The position numbers were made by a program, and so were the translations under genes. A stretch of 64,000 nucleotides of DNA from Octopus sinensis (lineage: Eukaryota). The notes beneath the pieces are model-generated. The model was not told the origin of the DNA and did no database searches. It saw only the letters and a program-made list of their open reading frames with translations. Position 1 is the stretch's first letter; each line of letters starts with the position of its first letter. Below, in pieces: positions 12,058 through 25,015 of the stretch. The stretch is taken from assembly GCF_006345805.1 (NCBI RefSeq), contig NC_043002.1:88474001-88538000 (forward strand), in the 5' to 3' direction.

Positions 12058-12488
12058 CATACATACATACATACATACATACATACATACATACATACAC
12101 ACACTATCCTGAAAAGTGTTCAGCGACTCTTCCGACCGTGACCACAGTGTTTATACAAACATGCCTTTATGGCATTTTCTAGTGTGTTCTTTCCTATTAT
12201 TTTTAAATGGCAAGGTGTGATATTTAAAGATTTGCCCATTGTTTTTAGCCAGTCACTCATCCATGCAAAGATTTGATAACTTGTTTATTTTTGTTATGAT
12301 TATTTGACTGTAGGACAGCTGTCAGCCATGGCCTCCTTACCATTTCATACAACTAGGACTAAACTGTCCAAAGGGTCCCTTCACTTTTAAGACTGCAGGA
12401 TGTGCTATAATGTAATTTAGTCGCTATTTCTAGCATGCCAAACATGCTGTGTAACGACTTCTGAATGAGAAATGACTTACCATGGTTT

Positions 12489-12520
<32 letters not shown>

Positions 12521-12623
12521 TACATATATACATATATAAATATATATATATACATATATATACATATATATATATACACATATGTATATATATATATATA
12601 TATATACATGTACATATATACAC

Positions 12624-12670
<47 letters not shown>

Positions 12671-12740
12671 ATATATATATACATGTACATATATACATAT
12701 ACATATATATACATATATATACATATACATGTACATATAT

Positions 12741-12787
<47 letters not shown>

Positions 12788-12934
12788 TATATATATACAT
12801 ATATATATATACATATATATACATATATACATATAGATATATATACATACACATATATATATATACATATGTATACATACATACATACATATATATATAT
12901 AAATTTATATACATACATACATTTATATATATAA

Positions 12935-13408
12935 ATACCGCACGCTAGGAGGGACTTTTAAAGTCAAAACTACCAAAATAAACAAATTGTACCAAATGCA
13001 ATCTTCGAAGCGAGTCATTCAAAAACAGAATTTAGTTACATATCACCTGTGATTTCGCAATCAATGCAGTATATGCATTTTATGTTCTTCAGTGCAACGA
13101 ACTCAAGACATGTATTAATAAACAAACACAACATACCAGACAAGCAACCGCAGCGTTCATCGCAGCATGTAGAAATGTTTATCCTTATATCTATGTAAAT
13201 GGCGGGCTTTTCGAACTGCATTTCGGTAACAACGTGCTTACTCAGAACAAAAATTCAGTATTGAACTATTCCAGTGAAAAATATAAATTTAAAAATAGGA
13301 TAAAATCTTCATAAGAAATTATTAAGTAGTTAGCGTGAAGATTGCATTCGGTACAATTTGTTTATTTTGGTAGTTTTGACTTTAAAAGTCCCTCCTAGCG
13401 TGCGGCAT
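12935..13408. mobile_element. MITE with about 72-bp TIRs
   Basis: CCGCACGCTAGGAGGGACTTTTAAAGTCAAAACTACC...GCAATCTTC and its reverse complement at 13337-13405. Confidence 0.88.
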
Positions 13409-13972
13409 CTATGTGTAATAGTACCCTCTATATAATATACATATATATATATGCTTTTAAATCACTTCAAACATGTTTATGATGTATTTGATCTCTAAAA
13501 AGGCCAAATTCTGTTCATGTGCATGTGCGTGTGTATGTGTGTGTGTATGTGTGTGTGTATATGTGTTTGTGTATGTGTTTGTATATGTGTGTGTGTATGT
13601 GTGTGCACATGTGTTGTGTGTGTGTGGGATGTGTTTGTTTGGTGTGTGTGTTTGTGTGTGCTTGTAGTATGCGTGTGACAGAGAGAAAGTGGAAGAGGAA
13701 GAGAGAAGAGAAGGAGAAGTAGAGAGAGAAAGAGAGAGAGAGAGGAAGAGGGAAAGTTGTGTTTAAGGAGAAGGTGTATATCAGGTTAGCAATACTTCAC
13801 ACATTATAAGAATGTTGTTCAAAGATAACAGGAAATTTCTTATTCCTGTATCTATATGAGGTGGTAATCTATATCTATATGGGGTTGTAAATGAAAATGA
13901 TATTATAGATGATTATTGCTATATTCATAATCAGAGTGAAAACATCAAAAATAGTAACAAAAACCCCCCAAA

Positions 13973-14026
13973 AAGTGGGATAAGTGGGATAAGTGGGATA
14001 AGTGGGATAAGTGGGATAAGTGGGAT
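13973..14026 (+). repeat. 9-bp tandem repeat (AAGTGGGAT) x6
   Basis: Directly visible. Confidence 0.9.
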
Positions 14027-14659
14027 ACAGGGTCAGGAAACTAAAAATAATACTGAAAAATTAGACACCGTTTAAATGAAAAATTAAATTACCATCTAAC
14101 ATTGAATTAGTACAGATTTATATATATATATATCACTATTATTATTGACTTTTCTGCTGCGTTAATTCTCAATTCTGATATAATTAATAACATTTATTTT
14201 AATTAGCGAATCCTATCAAACCGTAACATCAATCAGATAACTGATAAAATATTCAAGCTGATAAATGTTATTTCGTTAAAAGATTTGTTTTTCTCTGGCT
14301 GACCAACAACTCTCGTTACATTACTGACATTATTATTGGATGCTACCATAAAAACGGCAAGCTGGCAGACTCATTAACGTGCTTGCAAAATGCTTGGCAG
14401 AATCTCATCAGCTTTTACACTCTGAGTTTAAATTCCACTAACGTTGACTTTGGGGTTGATAAAATAAGTACCTGTTGAGCACTAAGGTTGATGTAATCAA
14501 CTTCTCCTTGTGCCAAAATTTGAAACCATTATTAATGCTACTATATTTTTGTCTCATTCTTAGTTAACTGTACACACACACGTCATCATGCCTAAAATTC
14601 CTTCCCACAATGAAAGCAAAATACATCAAGCCTAAAATTTGATCTATTCATACAAATAC

Positions 14660-14935
14660 TCCAGGGATCCATTGAGTCAGCACTTAATTCTCGTTTCTGT
14701 AAGATTAATTAGATGCAAGATAAACATTCATCCTAGACTAAACTTCGGCCTCTCGCAGATAATTCCTCAATTAGTTCTTCTACCTCTTCTCAAAAAATAG
14801 GTCAGCTGAATCACAATAGACTGAGTAAACTTCCTACCTGTCTGTAAACACAAAGAAACAGTCTGTCAATGAAGGAATTTCTATGTGGTCAGTTAACCTG
14901 ATGGAAATAGCAACCAAATCTCCCTCAATCTGAAA
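14660..14935. repeat. Unclassified dispersed repeat; second copy near 27290-27540
   Basis: Both copies share AGGGATCCATTGAG...GTTTCTGTAAGATTAAT...AAATAG.AACCAA in the same order. Confidence 0.6.
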
Positions 14936-15748
14936 CACACTAATTAAAAAAGGGTGGCACGTTAAGCACACCATTCGAGCGTGATCGTTTCACCTTACTA
15001 GCACTTGTGCTGGTGGACGTAAAACATTCGAGCAAGGACGTCGCCAGTGCCGCTGGACTGGCTCCTGTGCAGGTGGCACGTAAAAAGCACCATTTGGACG
15101 TGGCCATTGCCAGTACCATCAAACTGGCCCTCGTGCCGCTGGCACGTAAAAGCACCCACTAGACTCTCGGAGTGGTTGGCATTAGGAAGGGCATCCAGCT
15201 GTCGAAACTCTACCAGATCAGATTGGAGTCTGGTTTGCTAGACCTCAGTCAAATCGTCCAACCCATGCTAGCATGGAAAGCGGATGTTAAATGATGATGA
15301 TGTTGATGATGATGATGATGATGATGATTATATTCACAATGACAGGATACTCATGACTGGAATGCCTTTCATCATAGATCCATTTGTTCAACCAGTATTA
15401 AATGATAACAACAACAAAAACCAAAAAGGCAGAATTCCTGCCATGGTCTTCAACTCTCCAACCATGGTATGCTTTTCTTTTTCTTCAACACCAAGACAGT
15501 TATATAAGAAACACAGTTGTTGACTATACTGTATACTTTAATGCGGTTTCAAACATTCGACTTTGGCCATGCTGGAGCACTGCATTGAAGGGTGTTTTAA
15601 TTGAACAGATCAACCCCAGGACGTGTTTCAAAGTCTGGTATTTATTTTATCAGTTCCTTTTGTTGAAGTGCAAAGTCACAGAGACATAAACACACACATA
15701 CACACATGCACACATGCACACATGCACACATATATGTGTATGTGTGTG

Positions 15749-15787
<39 letters not shown>

Positions 15788-17426
15788 TTGTGAGTGTGTG
15801 TGTGTGTTATATATATATATATATATATATATATGTTCAATAAGTTTCATGCAGGATCCATCTACCAAATTCACTTTCAAAACACAGAGCTATAGTAGTA
15901 TAGCCCAGACCTATAGAAGAAGACACTTGTCCAAGGTACTCTGGAGTGGTACTGAACCCAAAACCATGTGATGCAGTTGCAAACCACACAGCCATGCTTC
16001 ACTTATGTGCAGATACGTCTTCATATATATACACAGCCAGAAACAATGGCCATGGTTGGAATGCCTGTGATCATGGATCTGCTCAATGAGGGCTGACTTA
16101 GAGTTAAATAGTGTACCAAGTCAGTACTACCCTTGGCACCATCTTCAAGCTACTGAGTTAAAGTGATGACAGAAGAGGCAGTCCCAGTGTACACTAGGTG
16201 ATCATGTCACTTTGTTTTGTTACATAAGGTGGCGAGCTGGCAGAAACGTTAGCACGCTAGGTGAAATGCTAAGTGGTATTTCGTCTGCCGCTATGTTCTA
16301 AGTTCAAATTCCGCCAAGGTCGACTTTGCCCTTCATCCTTTCGGGGTTGATTAAATAAGTACCAGTTACGCACTGGAGTTGATATAATTGACTTAATCTG
16401 TTTGTCTGTCCTTGTTTGTCCCCTCTGTGTTTAGCTCCTTGTGGATAGTAAAGAAACAGGTCACTTTGTTTTATTCCTCATATATTGAATATTATGATGT
16501 GTTAGCCTGATAATGGTATTGTCAGCTAATGAGATATCCTCAATTCTACAATGCTACAATTGGTTAAAACAATGAATTAATTGGACTAAACCACTGAGTG
16601 TTTGTTGTGTTTGGAATTTAAGAGGGTACATTACAGCTATGGTGACAAAATATGGTGGCTTTCCTATGGTAACTTGGAAATGTGGTTGGACTGGAAAAAA
16701 CTGTTTAATAAACCTTAAAGAAATTTATCTACCATCAGTCATCATCATCATCATCATCATCATCATTATCATCATCATTATCATCATCAGAGGCAGCATC
16801 ATCGTCGTTGTCCTTATCACCATTGTCATCATAATTCTTAACATCATCATCATCATCATCACCACCACCACCAACACCACCACCACCACCACCACCACCA
16901 CCATCACCACCACCATCATCATCATCATCATCATCTCCAATTAACAGCAACATAATAATTTCCATCAATCTTACCTGCCACACCTGAAATAGTGACCCAA
17001 TATAACCATAAGCCTTATAGATAGAGAGCCTTAAGGACGGGAAACTCTACATGAGTGCTTGATCTATATTCCTTTTCAATCAAATTATATCCTATTGTTT
17101 TAAATAAAGAAGGAAGTCTTGGACAGTGTAGTTCCTGACACACAAGAAGATGGGAAGGTCTCATTAAAGATGTCATTTTAATTAATTAAAATTTTTTGAC
17201 TCACCACCATTAAGTATTTAAGCATGCACTTTATTATTTGCATTAAAAACTCTCGGGGGTCCCTGGGTAATTTCTCCCACTCCCTTCACTCCTCAGCTAT
17301 TCTTACAACAATAGCAACAGCTTGGAATGCTACCGCTGTAGTAAGTGACATGTCATATCAATAAGCAAATTGAAATGTTGATCTCAGTTTGAATCCTGTG
17401 ATTAATCAATAAACATTCAGCCATCA

Positions 17427-17990
17427 AAGCAGAGAGCTGGCAGAAACGTTAGCCCGTTGAGTGAAATGCTTAGTGGTATTTCATCTGCCGCTACGTTCTG
17501 AGTTCAAATTCCGCAGAGGTTGACTTTGCCTTTCATCCTTTCGGGGTCGATTAAATAAGTACCAGTTACGCACTGGGATCGATATAATCAACTTTATCTG
17601 TTTGTCTGCCCTTGTTTGTCCTCTCTATGTTTAGCCCCTTGTGGGTAGTAAAGAAATAGGTATTTTGTCTGTCATTACGTTCCGAGTTCAAATTCTGTCA
17701 AGGTCGACTTTGCCTTTCATCCTTTCGGGGTCGATTAAATAAGTACCAGTTATGCACTGGCATCGATATAATCGTCTTAATCCTTTTGTCTGTCCTTGTT
17801 TGTCCTCCCTGTGTTTAGCTCCTTGTGGGTAGTAAAGAAATAGGTATTTCATCTGCCGTTACGGTCTACTTTGCGTTTCATCCTTTCGGGGTCGATAAAT
17901 TAAGTACCAGTTCCATACTGAGATTGATCTTATTGACTGCCCCACCTCCCCAAAAATTTCGGGCCTTGTGCCTAGAGTAGAAAAGAATAA
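17427..17990 (+). mobile_element. SINE-A with an internally triplicated core
   Basis: The core CATCCTTTCGGGGTCGA occurs three times (near 17535, 17720 and 17880) in head-to-tail partial units. Confidence 0.8.
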
Positions 17991-18359
17991 ACATTTGGCT
18001 ATCATTAATGATGTCTTAATACATCTTGTAAGAACATAGTTTGTACTGATAACATGAAATCAACTAAAGATTTGGTGCAATTCATAGATTTTCAAAGATA
18101 TCATCTACAACATAATGTTCAGCAATGAGAAACATCTGTGAATATCACACTGCTTTTTTGTTTTGTTTTGTTTTACTGTTTATTTAGCTGTTCAGTTAAT
18201 GTTACACATTTACTGCAATCAACATTAAACAGTTAATTTATTAATAGCAAAGAGAGAATCAATAAGTAGATGTACAATATCATACATGGCTAGGTGTGAA
18301 AATTTAACATATTGATAAAAAAAAAAATTTCTTTAGTGCAATAAGCTTTAAAAAGCTAA

Positions 18360-18760
18360 GTAGGAGTGGCTGTGTGGTAAGTAGCTTGCTTATCATCCAC
18401 ATGGTTCTGGGGTTCAGTCCCACTGTGTGGCACCTTGGACAAGTGTCTTCTACTATAGCCTCGGGCCGACCAAAGCCATGTGAGTGGATTTGGTAGACAG
18501 AAACTGAAAGAAGCCCATCGTATATGTATATATATATATGTATGTGTGTGTATATGTTTGTGCATCTGTGTTTGTCCCCCCAACATCGCTTGACAACCAA
18601 TGCTGGTGTGTTTACATCCCTGCAACTTAGCGGTTTGGCAAAAGAGACCGATAGAATAAGTACTAGTACAAAGAATAAGTCCTGGGGTTGACTTGCTCGA
18701 CTAAAGTTGGTGCTCCAGCATGGCCACAGTAAAATGACTGAAACAAATAAAAGAGTAGGA
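18360..18760 (+). mobile_element. tRNA-derived SINE, family B (CORE-like; resembles octopus OR-type SINEs)
   Basis: AGGAGTGGCTGTGTGGTAAG...GGTTCAGTCCCACTG, CORE-like GGCACCTTGG.CAAGTGTCTT, internal microsatellite, tail GACTGAAACAA.TAAAAGAG. Other copies near 15545, 20320, 27545, 33248, 47915, 56563, 58040 and 61260. Confidence 0.85.
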
Positions 18761-18894
18761 TCACTACTTCATGAGTGGAATTAAGTAGATGGAAAATGTG
18801 CATGTATGTGCATGCATATGTGTGTGTCCCTGAGCGCTTATGTGTGTGTGTGTGTGTGTGTGTGTATATGAGAATTCCAACCCCATTTCCTGTC

Positions 18895-20045
18895 AGGTAA
18901 CCATCTTTAGGATGGCTACCATTAATGTCAGTACAATGGAAAGTAGGATGCATGATATTGAGGAGATACTGAAAGGTAGGTGAGAGGCAGTGTGCTGTGT
19001 GCAGAAAGTAAGATGGTAAGGATCCTTAGCCTGACTCCTCACAGGCAAAGAACAAAGATATAAATCCTTCTGAATAGGTACCAAAGATGGAGTGAGTGGC
19101 ATGAGCATATAACTAGCAGAGAAATTAATATAAATGGTAATTAAAACAGTCAGGGTATATAATAAAGTGTGCAATATAATGATTAAGCTCTAGCCAGTCT
19201 TCAACAACATGACAGCAGCCAATTATTTTCTGCTTATGCACCACTGTCAGCTCTGGAAGATACACAGAAAGACTATTTTGATGAGACCCTTCTGCAGACA
19301 TCCTCCAAAATATATAACTGTAACTTTGAATTTATTGTTATGGCTGGTGATTTTAATTGATATATTGGACAACAGTATGAGAGCTTTGCTGGCATCAGAG
19401 TCTATAGCTAAGGTACATAAAGTTAGGACTGATTGGGGAGTTCTGTGATGCAAATGACCTCACTCTCTACCACACCAACTTTAAGAAATTACGGAGATGT
19501 ACTTGCATAACGAGTGACTTGATCTGAGATCATGTGCTGGAACGAAAACAATTGCAGCGTAGAAGGTGTTTATAAGCCATTTAAGAAACATACAAAACCG
19601 TTAGATTCACTTCAACATTTAAATTTAATTTGTCAAATTAAACGGTTTTGTGTGTTTCTTAAATGGCTTATAAACACCTTCCACGCTGCAATTTTTTAAG
19701 AAATTAGTTAACCAACTAATCACAGACCAACTGGCTGAACACAAAAGCTAGACACTATCCCACCAGAAAAAGGGACAGATACTTTGTTGTGAATGCTAAG
19801 TTCGTGCCACTGAAGAGTTCACTACCCAGCATAGACTAGTGATTAATGACTTCAAAGTAAGTGCCAGACACAAAGACAAAAGATAACCTAGGGCAGAAGG
19901 GCATTAACCTGAAAGAGCAAACAACCTGCAACATAGAGATGTATTTATTAGGATATATGACAAGGTAGAAGAGGACAATTGAGAATTTCTAGAAGATAAA
20001 TTACTGAGGGTGACAGACCTAACAAAATCACACCCAATACACTTA
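18895..20045 (+). pseudogene. Degenerate RTE LINE APE endonuclease region
   Basis: MATINVSTM...VCCVQKVRW and later motifs (GDFN-like, TNFKK, QHRLVI.DF) are collinear with the RTE at 25446-26007. Many stops. Confidence 0.65.
19491..19695. mobile_element. Asymmetric foldback insertion into the RTE remnant
   Basis: Inverted arms at about 19550-19612 and 19641-19695, flanked by a direct repeat TTTAAGAAATTA. Confidence 0.7.
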
Positions 20046-20893
20046 GTAAAATATGAGGCTGTGAGGATAAAGAAATTCACTAATGCTGGTGCCACAAAAT
20101 GGAGGTCAGTGCACTTTGTAAAATGGATGTTGTTAGGAAAGGTATTCAGCTGTAGAAACCATGACAAAAATTATATATGAATGAGATGAGGTCCCCTCAG
20201 CCCATCTAGATGAGCAAACTGCTCTAACCCATGCTAGCATGGAGAGTGGACATAAATGATGATGATGATATACACATATGTATGTGTATATGTGTGTTCA
20301 TATATATTTATATACTCTCTTTTACTCTTTTACTCTTTTACTTGTTTCAGTCATTTGACTGTGGCCATGCTGGAGCACTGCCTTTAGTCGAGCAAATTGA
20401 CCCCGGGACTTATTCTTTGTAAGCCCAGTACTTATTCTATCAGTCTCTTTAGCCGAACCGCTAAGTGACGGGGACATAAACACACCAGCATCGGTTATCA
20501 AGCAATGGTAGGGGGACAAACACAGACACACACACACATATATATACATATATACATATATACGACTGGCTTCTTTCAGTTTCTGTCTACCAAATCCACT
20601 CACAAGGCATTGGTCGGCCCAAGGCTATAGTAGAAGACACTTGCCCAAGATGCCATGCAGTAGGACTGAACCCGGAACCATGTGGTTGGTAAGCAAGCTA
20701 CTTACCACACAGCCACTCCTGCACCTCATACATACATACACACACACATACATACATACATACATACATACATACATACATACATACATACATACATAAA
20801 TATGTGTGTGTATATATTAGACAAAATGAGAAAACAAAGCTAAAGCTATGAGGAATTTTCAGGAGATTTATAAGGAAAAAGATACAGATATAA

Positions 20894-20939
20894 TTTTACA
20901 GCTGTTTCTAGGATATTGTGGTTATCCTTTCATCAGAGA
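20894..20939 (-). ncRNA. Hammerhead motif (family A), inverted and partly decayed copy
   Basis: Minus strand: tct-CTGATGA-a-aggata..tatcct-a-GAAA-cagctg-TA-aaa. Confidence 0.6.
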
Positions 20940-21849
20940 TGATGTGAGATGGTATATATGAGATAGTATGCATGTGTATATATGTATGTGTATGTATATG
21001 CGTATGTATATATATGTATATGTGTGTGTGTATATACGTATGTATGCATATGTACACATGTATATGCACATGTGTGTGTGCATACGTATGTCATTATACC
21101 TTTTTTCTCCTCTTTTTTCCTATCACATTAACATATACAATCACATACGTCTATTTATAGAAATTTGACATCGTTGTATTCTTTCCTCCACTTTAAATTT
21201 TACTACTAAAACCCCACCCATACCTTTTCTCTACCCATCCCTTAATGCAGCTCTATTACATCATCCCTACTCACATATCTCACACTTATTCACTCTTTAC
21301 CTTCTCATCTCTTCCTATCCCTCCCCCACTCCTCTCACATCATCTTGACCACCAACTAACACTAATTTTCTCACTTCTTTCACCCTTCATTTTTTTCTTC
21401 ATTCTTTTCATCTTTTTCTCTCTCTTCTTTTCTCTCTTTCTTTGTCTCATTTTGTCTTCATGTTTTCATCTTGACCTATCTCCTCATTCTAATCATACAC
21501 ATCTCTCCCCTCCCCGATCTATCCACAAATACTACCAATACATTCTCAAACTTTTATTCACACCACAAGACCCTTTTGAATGGACAACATCTGAATCTAT
21601 GGCTCCATACTTTGAAATGACTAAACATGAACTACTACTGAAACTTACCATGTACAAGAAACATTTTTACCACTTCTATACACCACTTTACTCGAATAAT
21701 GGAACTACAACTACAATATCTTTATATATTTTGTATTATATTTCTACTACCATTCTCTTATTTCCCTCTATTTTCCCTATCTCCTCCTTTTCCATAATAA
21801 TTCCTTATTTCAAACTCAAATATCTACCTCTATTTAACCATCTCACATT

Positions 21850-21897
21850 GTCTCTGATGAAGGGATATCCATAATATCCCAGAAACAGCTGTAAGAC
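21850..21897 (+). ncRNA. Minimal type I hammerhead ribozyme motif (family A)
   Basis: gtct-CTGATGA-a-gggatat-ccata-atatccc-a-GAAA-cagctg-TA-agac; 4-bp helix I. Confidence 0.75.
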
Positions 21898-22429
21898 TAT
21901 ATCTATACCTTATAAATCTCCTGAAAACTCCTCATAGCTTTAGCTTTGTTTTCTCATTTTGTCTAATATATACACACACATATTTATGTATGTATGTATG
22001 TATGTATGTATGTATGTATGTATGTATGTATGTGTGTATGAGGCACAGGAGTGGCTGTGTGGTAAGTAGCTTGCTTACGAACCACATGGTTCCGGGTTCA
22101 GTCCTACTGCGTGGCATCTTGGGCAAGTGTCTTCTACAGCCTTCATCATCATCATCATCATCATCGTCGTTTAACGTCCGTTCTCCATGCTAGCATGGGT
22201 TGGACGGTTCGACCGGGGTTCTGGGAAGCCAGAAGGCTGCACCAGGCTCCAGTCTAATTTGGCAATGTTTCTACAGCTGGATGCCCTTCCTAACGCCAAC
22301 CACTCCGTGAGTGTAGTGGGTGCTTTTTACGTGCCACCTGCACAGGTGCCAGGCGGGGCTGGCAACGGCCACGGTCAGATTGGTGTATTTTATGTGCCAC
22401 CGGCACGGAAGCCAGTCGAGGCGGTGCTG

Positions 22430-23045
22430 GCATCGGCCACGAGTCGGATAGTGCTTTTTACGTACCACCAGACCAGGGATCCTGGCTGGTTCAATTCGAT
22501 TTCGATTTCGCTTGCCCCAACATGTCTTCACAAGCAAAGGGGGTTGGCAAGGGTGCCTGTCGTACGGTCGCATTGGAGTATTTTACGTGCCACGGCCACG
22601 AGTCGGATAGTGCTTTACGTACCACCAGACCAGGGATACTGGCTGGTTCAATTCGATTTCGATTTCGCTTGCCCCAACATGTCTTCACAAGCAAAGGGGG
22701 TTGGCAAGGGTGCCTGTTGTACGGTCGCATTGGAGTATTTTACGTGCCACGGCCACGAGTCGGATAGTGCTTTACGTACCACCAGACCAGGGATCCTGGC
22801 TGGTTCAATTCGATTTCGATTTCGCTTGCCCCAACATGTCTTCACAAGCAAAGGGGGTTGGCATGGGTGCCTGTCGTACGGTCGCATTGGAGTATTTTAC
22901 GTGCCACGGCCCCGAGTCGGATAGTGCTTTTTACGTACCACCAGGCCAGGGATCCTGGCTGGTTCAATTCGGTTTCGATTTCGATTTCGATTTCGCTTGC
23001 CCCAACATGTCTTCGCAAGCATGGGGGGTTGGGATGGGTGTCTGT
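22430..23045 (-). repeat. About 157-bp tandem repeat x4 in the RTE 3' UTR
   Basis: GAGTCGGATAGTGCTT recurs at about 22441, 22600, 22757 and 22914. Confidence 0.9.
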
Positions 23046-23131
23046 CGTCGGATGAGGTTCTATATCGACTTCGCTTGCCTCAACCGGTCTTTGTGTCCAA
23101 GGGAGGAAAGGCATTCATAAGTGGGCTGGGC

Positions 23132-25015
23132 TCACTTGTCCTGCCTGGTCTTCTCACGTACAGAATATTTCCAAAGGTCTCGGTCTCTGGTCATTTCCTC
23201 AGTGAGGCCTAAAGTTCGAAGGTCGTGCTTCACCACCTCGTCCCAGGTTTTCCTGGGTCTACCTCTTCCACGGGTTCCCTCAACTGCTAGGGATTGGCAC
23301 TTTCTCACACACCTATCTTCATCCATTCTCGCCACATGACCATACCAGCGCAATCGTCTCTCTTGCACACCACAACTGATGCTTCTTAGGTACAACATTT
23401 CTCTCAAGGTGCTAACGCTCTGTCGAGTATGTACACTGACATTACACATCCATCGGAGCATACTGGCTTCATTCCTCACGAGCTTACGCATGTCCTCAGC
23501 AGTCACAGCCCATGTTTCGCTGCCATGTAGCATGGCTGTTCGTACACACGCATCATACAGTCTGCCTTTTACTCTGAGCGAGAGGCCTTTAGTCACCAGC
23601 AGAGGTAAGAGCTCCCTAAACTTTGCCCAGGCTATTCTTATTCTAGCAGTTACACTTTCAGCGCACCCACCCCCACTACTGACTTGGTCACCTAGATAAC
23701 GGAAGCTATCAACTACTTCTAGTTTTTCCCCCTGGAAAGTGACGGAAGTTGTTTTCTGCAGATTTTCGGAGGTTAATGCTCCCGAGCATCTGCCACATAC
23801 AAAAACTATCTTCCCAGTTAGCCTACCTTTGACATTGCTGCACCTCTTATGTGTCCATAGCTTACACTGGGTACATCTTATAGAGTTTCTACCTACACCT
23901 TTTCTACAGATCGAGCAGGGCCATCTTCCTGAAGATATTTGTGGATTGTCTACCTTTCTACTTATTAGTACTTTGGTTTTAGCTAGGTTGACTCTAAGGC
24001 CCCTTGATTCTAAACCCTCCTTCCACACCTGGAACTTCTCCTCCAGTTCTGATAGTGACTCAGCAATAAGAGCAAGGTCGTCAGCGTAGAGGAGCTCCCA
24101 GGGACAGCCTGTCTTGAATTCCTCCGTAATTGCCTGGAGTACTATGATAAATAGGAGGGGGCTGAGTACTGAACCTGGTGGACCCCCAACCTCTACTTTG
24201 AATTCTTCTGTGTACATGTTGCCAACCCTAACCTTACTTACGGCATCTCTGTACATGGCTTGCACAGTCCTCACCAGCCATTCATCTATCCCTAGTTTCC
24301 TCATTGACCACCAGATAAGGGATCGGGGGACCCTATCAAAAGCTTTCTCCATGTCAACGAAAGCCAGGTACAGGGGCTTATCTTTGGCTAGGTATTTCTC
24401 CTGCAGCTGCCTTACCAGGAATATAGCATCAGTGGTACTTTTTCCTGGCACGAACCCAAACTGCATCTCATCTAAACTAACTCTCTCTCTAATTAGTTGG
24501 GCTATGACCCTCTCCGTAACCTTCATTACTTGATCCAACAGCTTGATACCTCTGTAATTATTTGTATCTAGGGCATCACCTTTACCTTTGTAGCAGTTGA
24601 CTAGTATGCTGCTGCACCAGTCATTGGGTATGACTCCTTCGTGTATCACCTGGTTGACTATACGGGTGACTAGGTTATAGCCGACACTGCCAGATATTTT
24701 GAGCATCTCTGCAGTAATTCCTGATGGGCCTGGGGCTTTCCCTGTCTTCATGCTTCTAATTGCCTTAGCTACCACGGAACTATCAACTCGGATAGCTGGT
24801 CCCTCTGTAGGGTCAACATTCGGCAGACTCTCTTTATCCCATTCATTTTCCTCATTCAGTAACCTTTCATAGTGGCTTCTCCAAGCTTCTCTCTTTGCAT
24901 CCTCATTTAGCGCAAGTGAACCATCCTCCATGCGAACACATTTCTCTCCTACCACATCACGATTCTCTCTCACACACTGTCTTACTACGAAATACCTCAA
25001 CCTCTCATCTTTCAT
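23132..25015 (-). CDS. RTE reverse transcriptase ORF segment (627 aa) with an inserted PHD-like finger
   Basis: NYRGIKLL, QFGF, FVDMEKAFDRV, YADD, FRYLG and RLRWYGHV motifs. Continues upstream through frameshifts at 25005-25967. Confidence 0.9.
   Translation of the reverse strand: MKDERLRYFVVRQCVRENRDVVGEKCVRMEDGSLALNEDAKREAWRSHYERLLNEENEWDKESLPNVDPTEGPAIRVDSSVVAKAIRSMKTGKAPGPSGITAEMLKISGSVGYNLVTRIVNQVIHEGVIPNDWCSSILVNCYKGKGDALDTNNYRGIKLLDQVMKVTERVIAQLIRERVSLDEMQFGFVPGKSTTDAIFLVRQLQEKYLAKDKPLYLAFVDMEKAFDRVPRSLIWWSMRKLGIDEWLVRTVQAMYRDAVSKVRVGNMYTEEFKVEVGGPPGSVLSPLLFIIVLQAITEEFKTGCPWELLYADDLALIAESLSELEEKFQVWKEGLESRGLRVNLAKTKVLISRKVDNPQISSGRWPCSICRKGVGRNSIRCTQCKLWTHKRCSNVKGRLTGKIVFVCGRCSGALTSENLQKTTSVTFQGEKLEVVDSFRYLGDQVSSGGGCAESVTARIRIAWAKFRELLPLLVTKGLSLRVKGRLYDACVRTAMLHGSETWAVTAEDMRKLVRNEASMLRWMCNVSVHTRQSVSTLREMLYLRSISCGVQERRLRWYGHVARMDEDRCVRKCQSLAVEGTRGRGRPRKTWDEVVKHDLRTLGLTEEMTRDRDLWKYSVREKTRQDK

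Noticed and set aside
11614-12948. Long ORFs of YI/CV/HT repeats (also near 3600, 28000, 36600, 41600 and 61800)
   Set aside because: These are translations of microsatellites.
14834-14856. 4-nt minus-strand microexon
   Set aside because: It lies inside a dispersed repeat copy.
21245-21874. 209-aa hydrophobic ORF
   Set aside because: Low-complexity pyrimidine-rich sequence within a repeat element; no recognisable domain.
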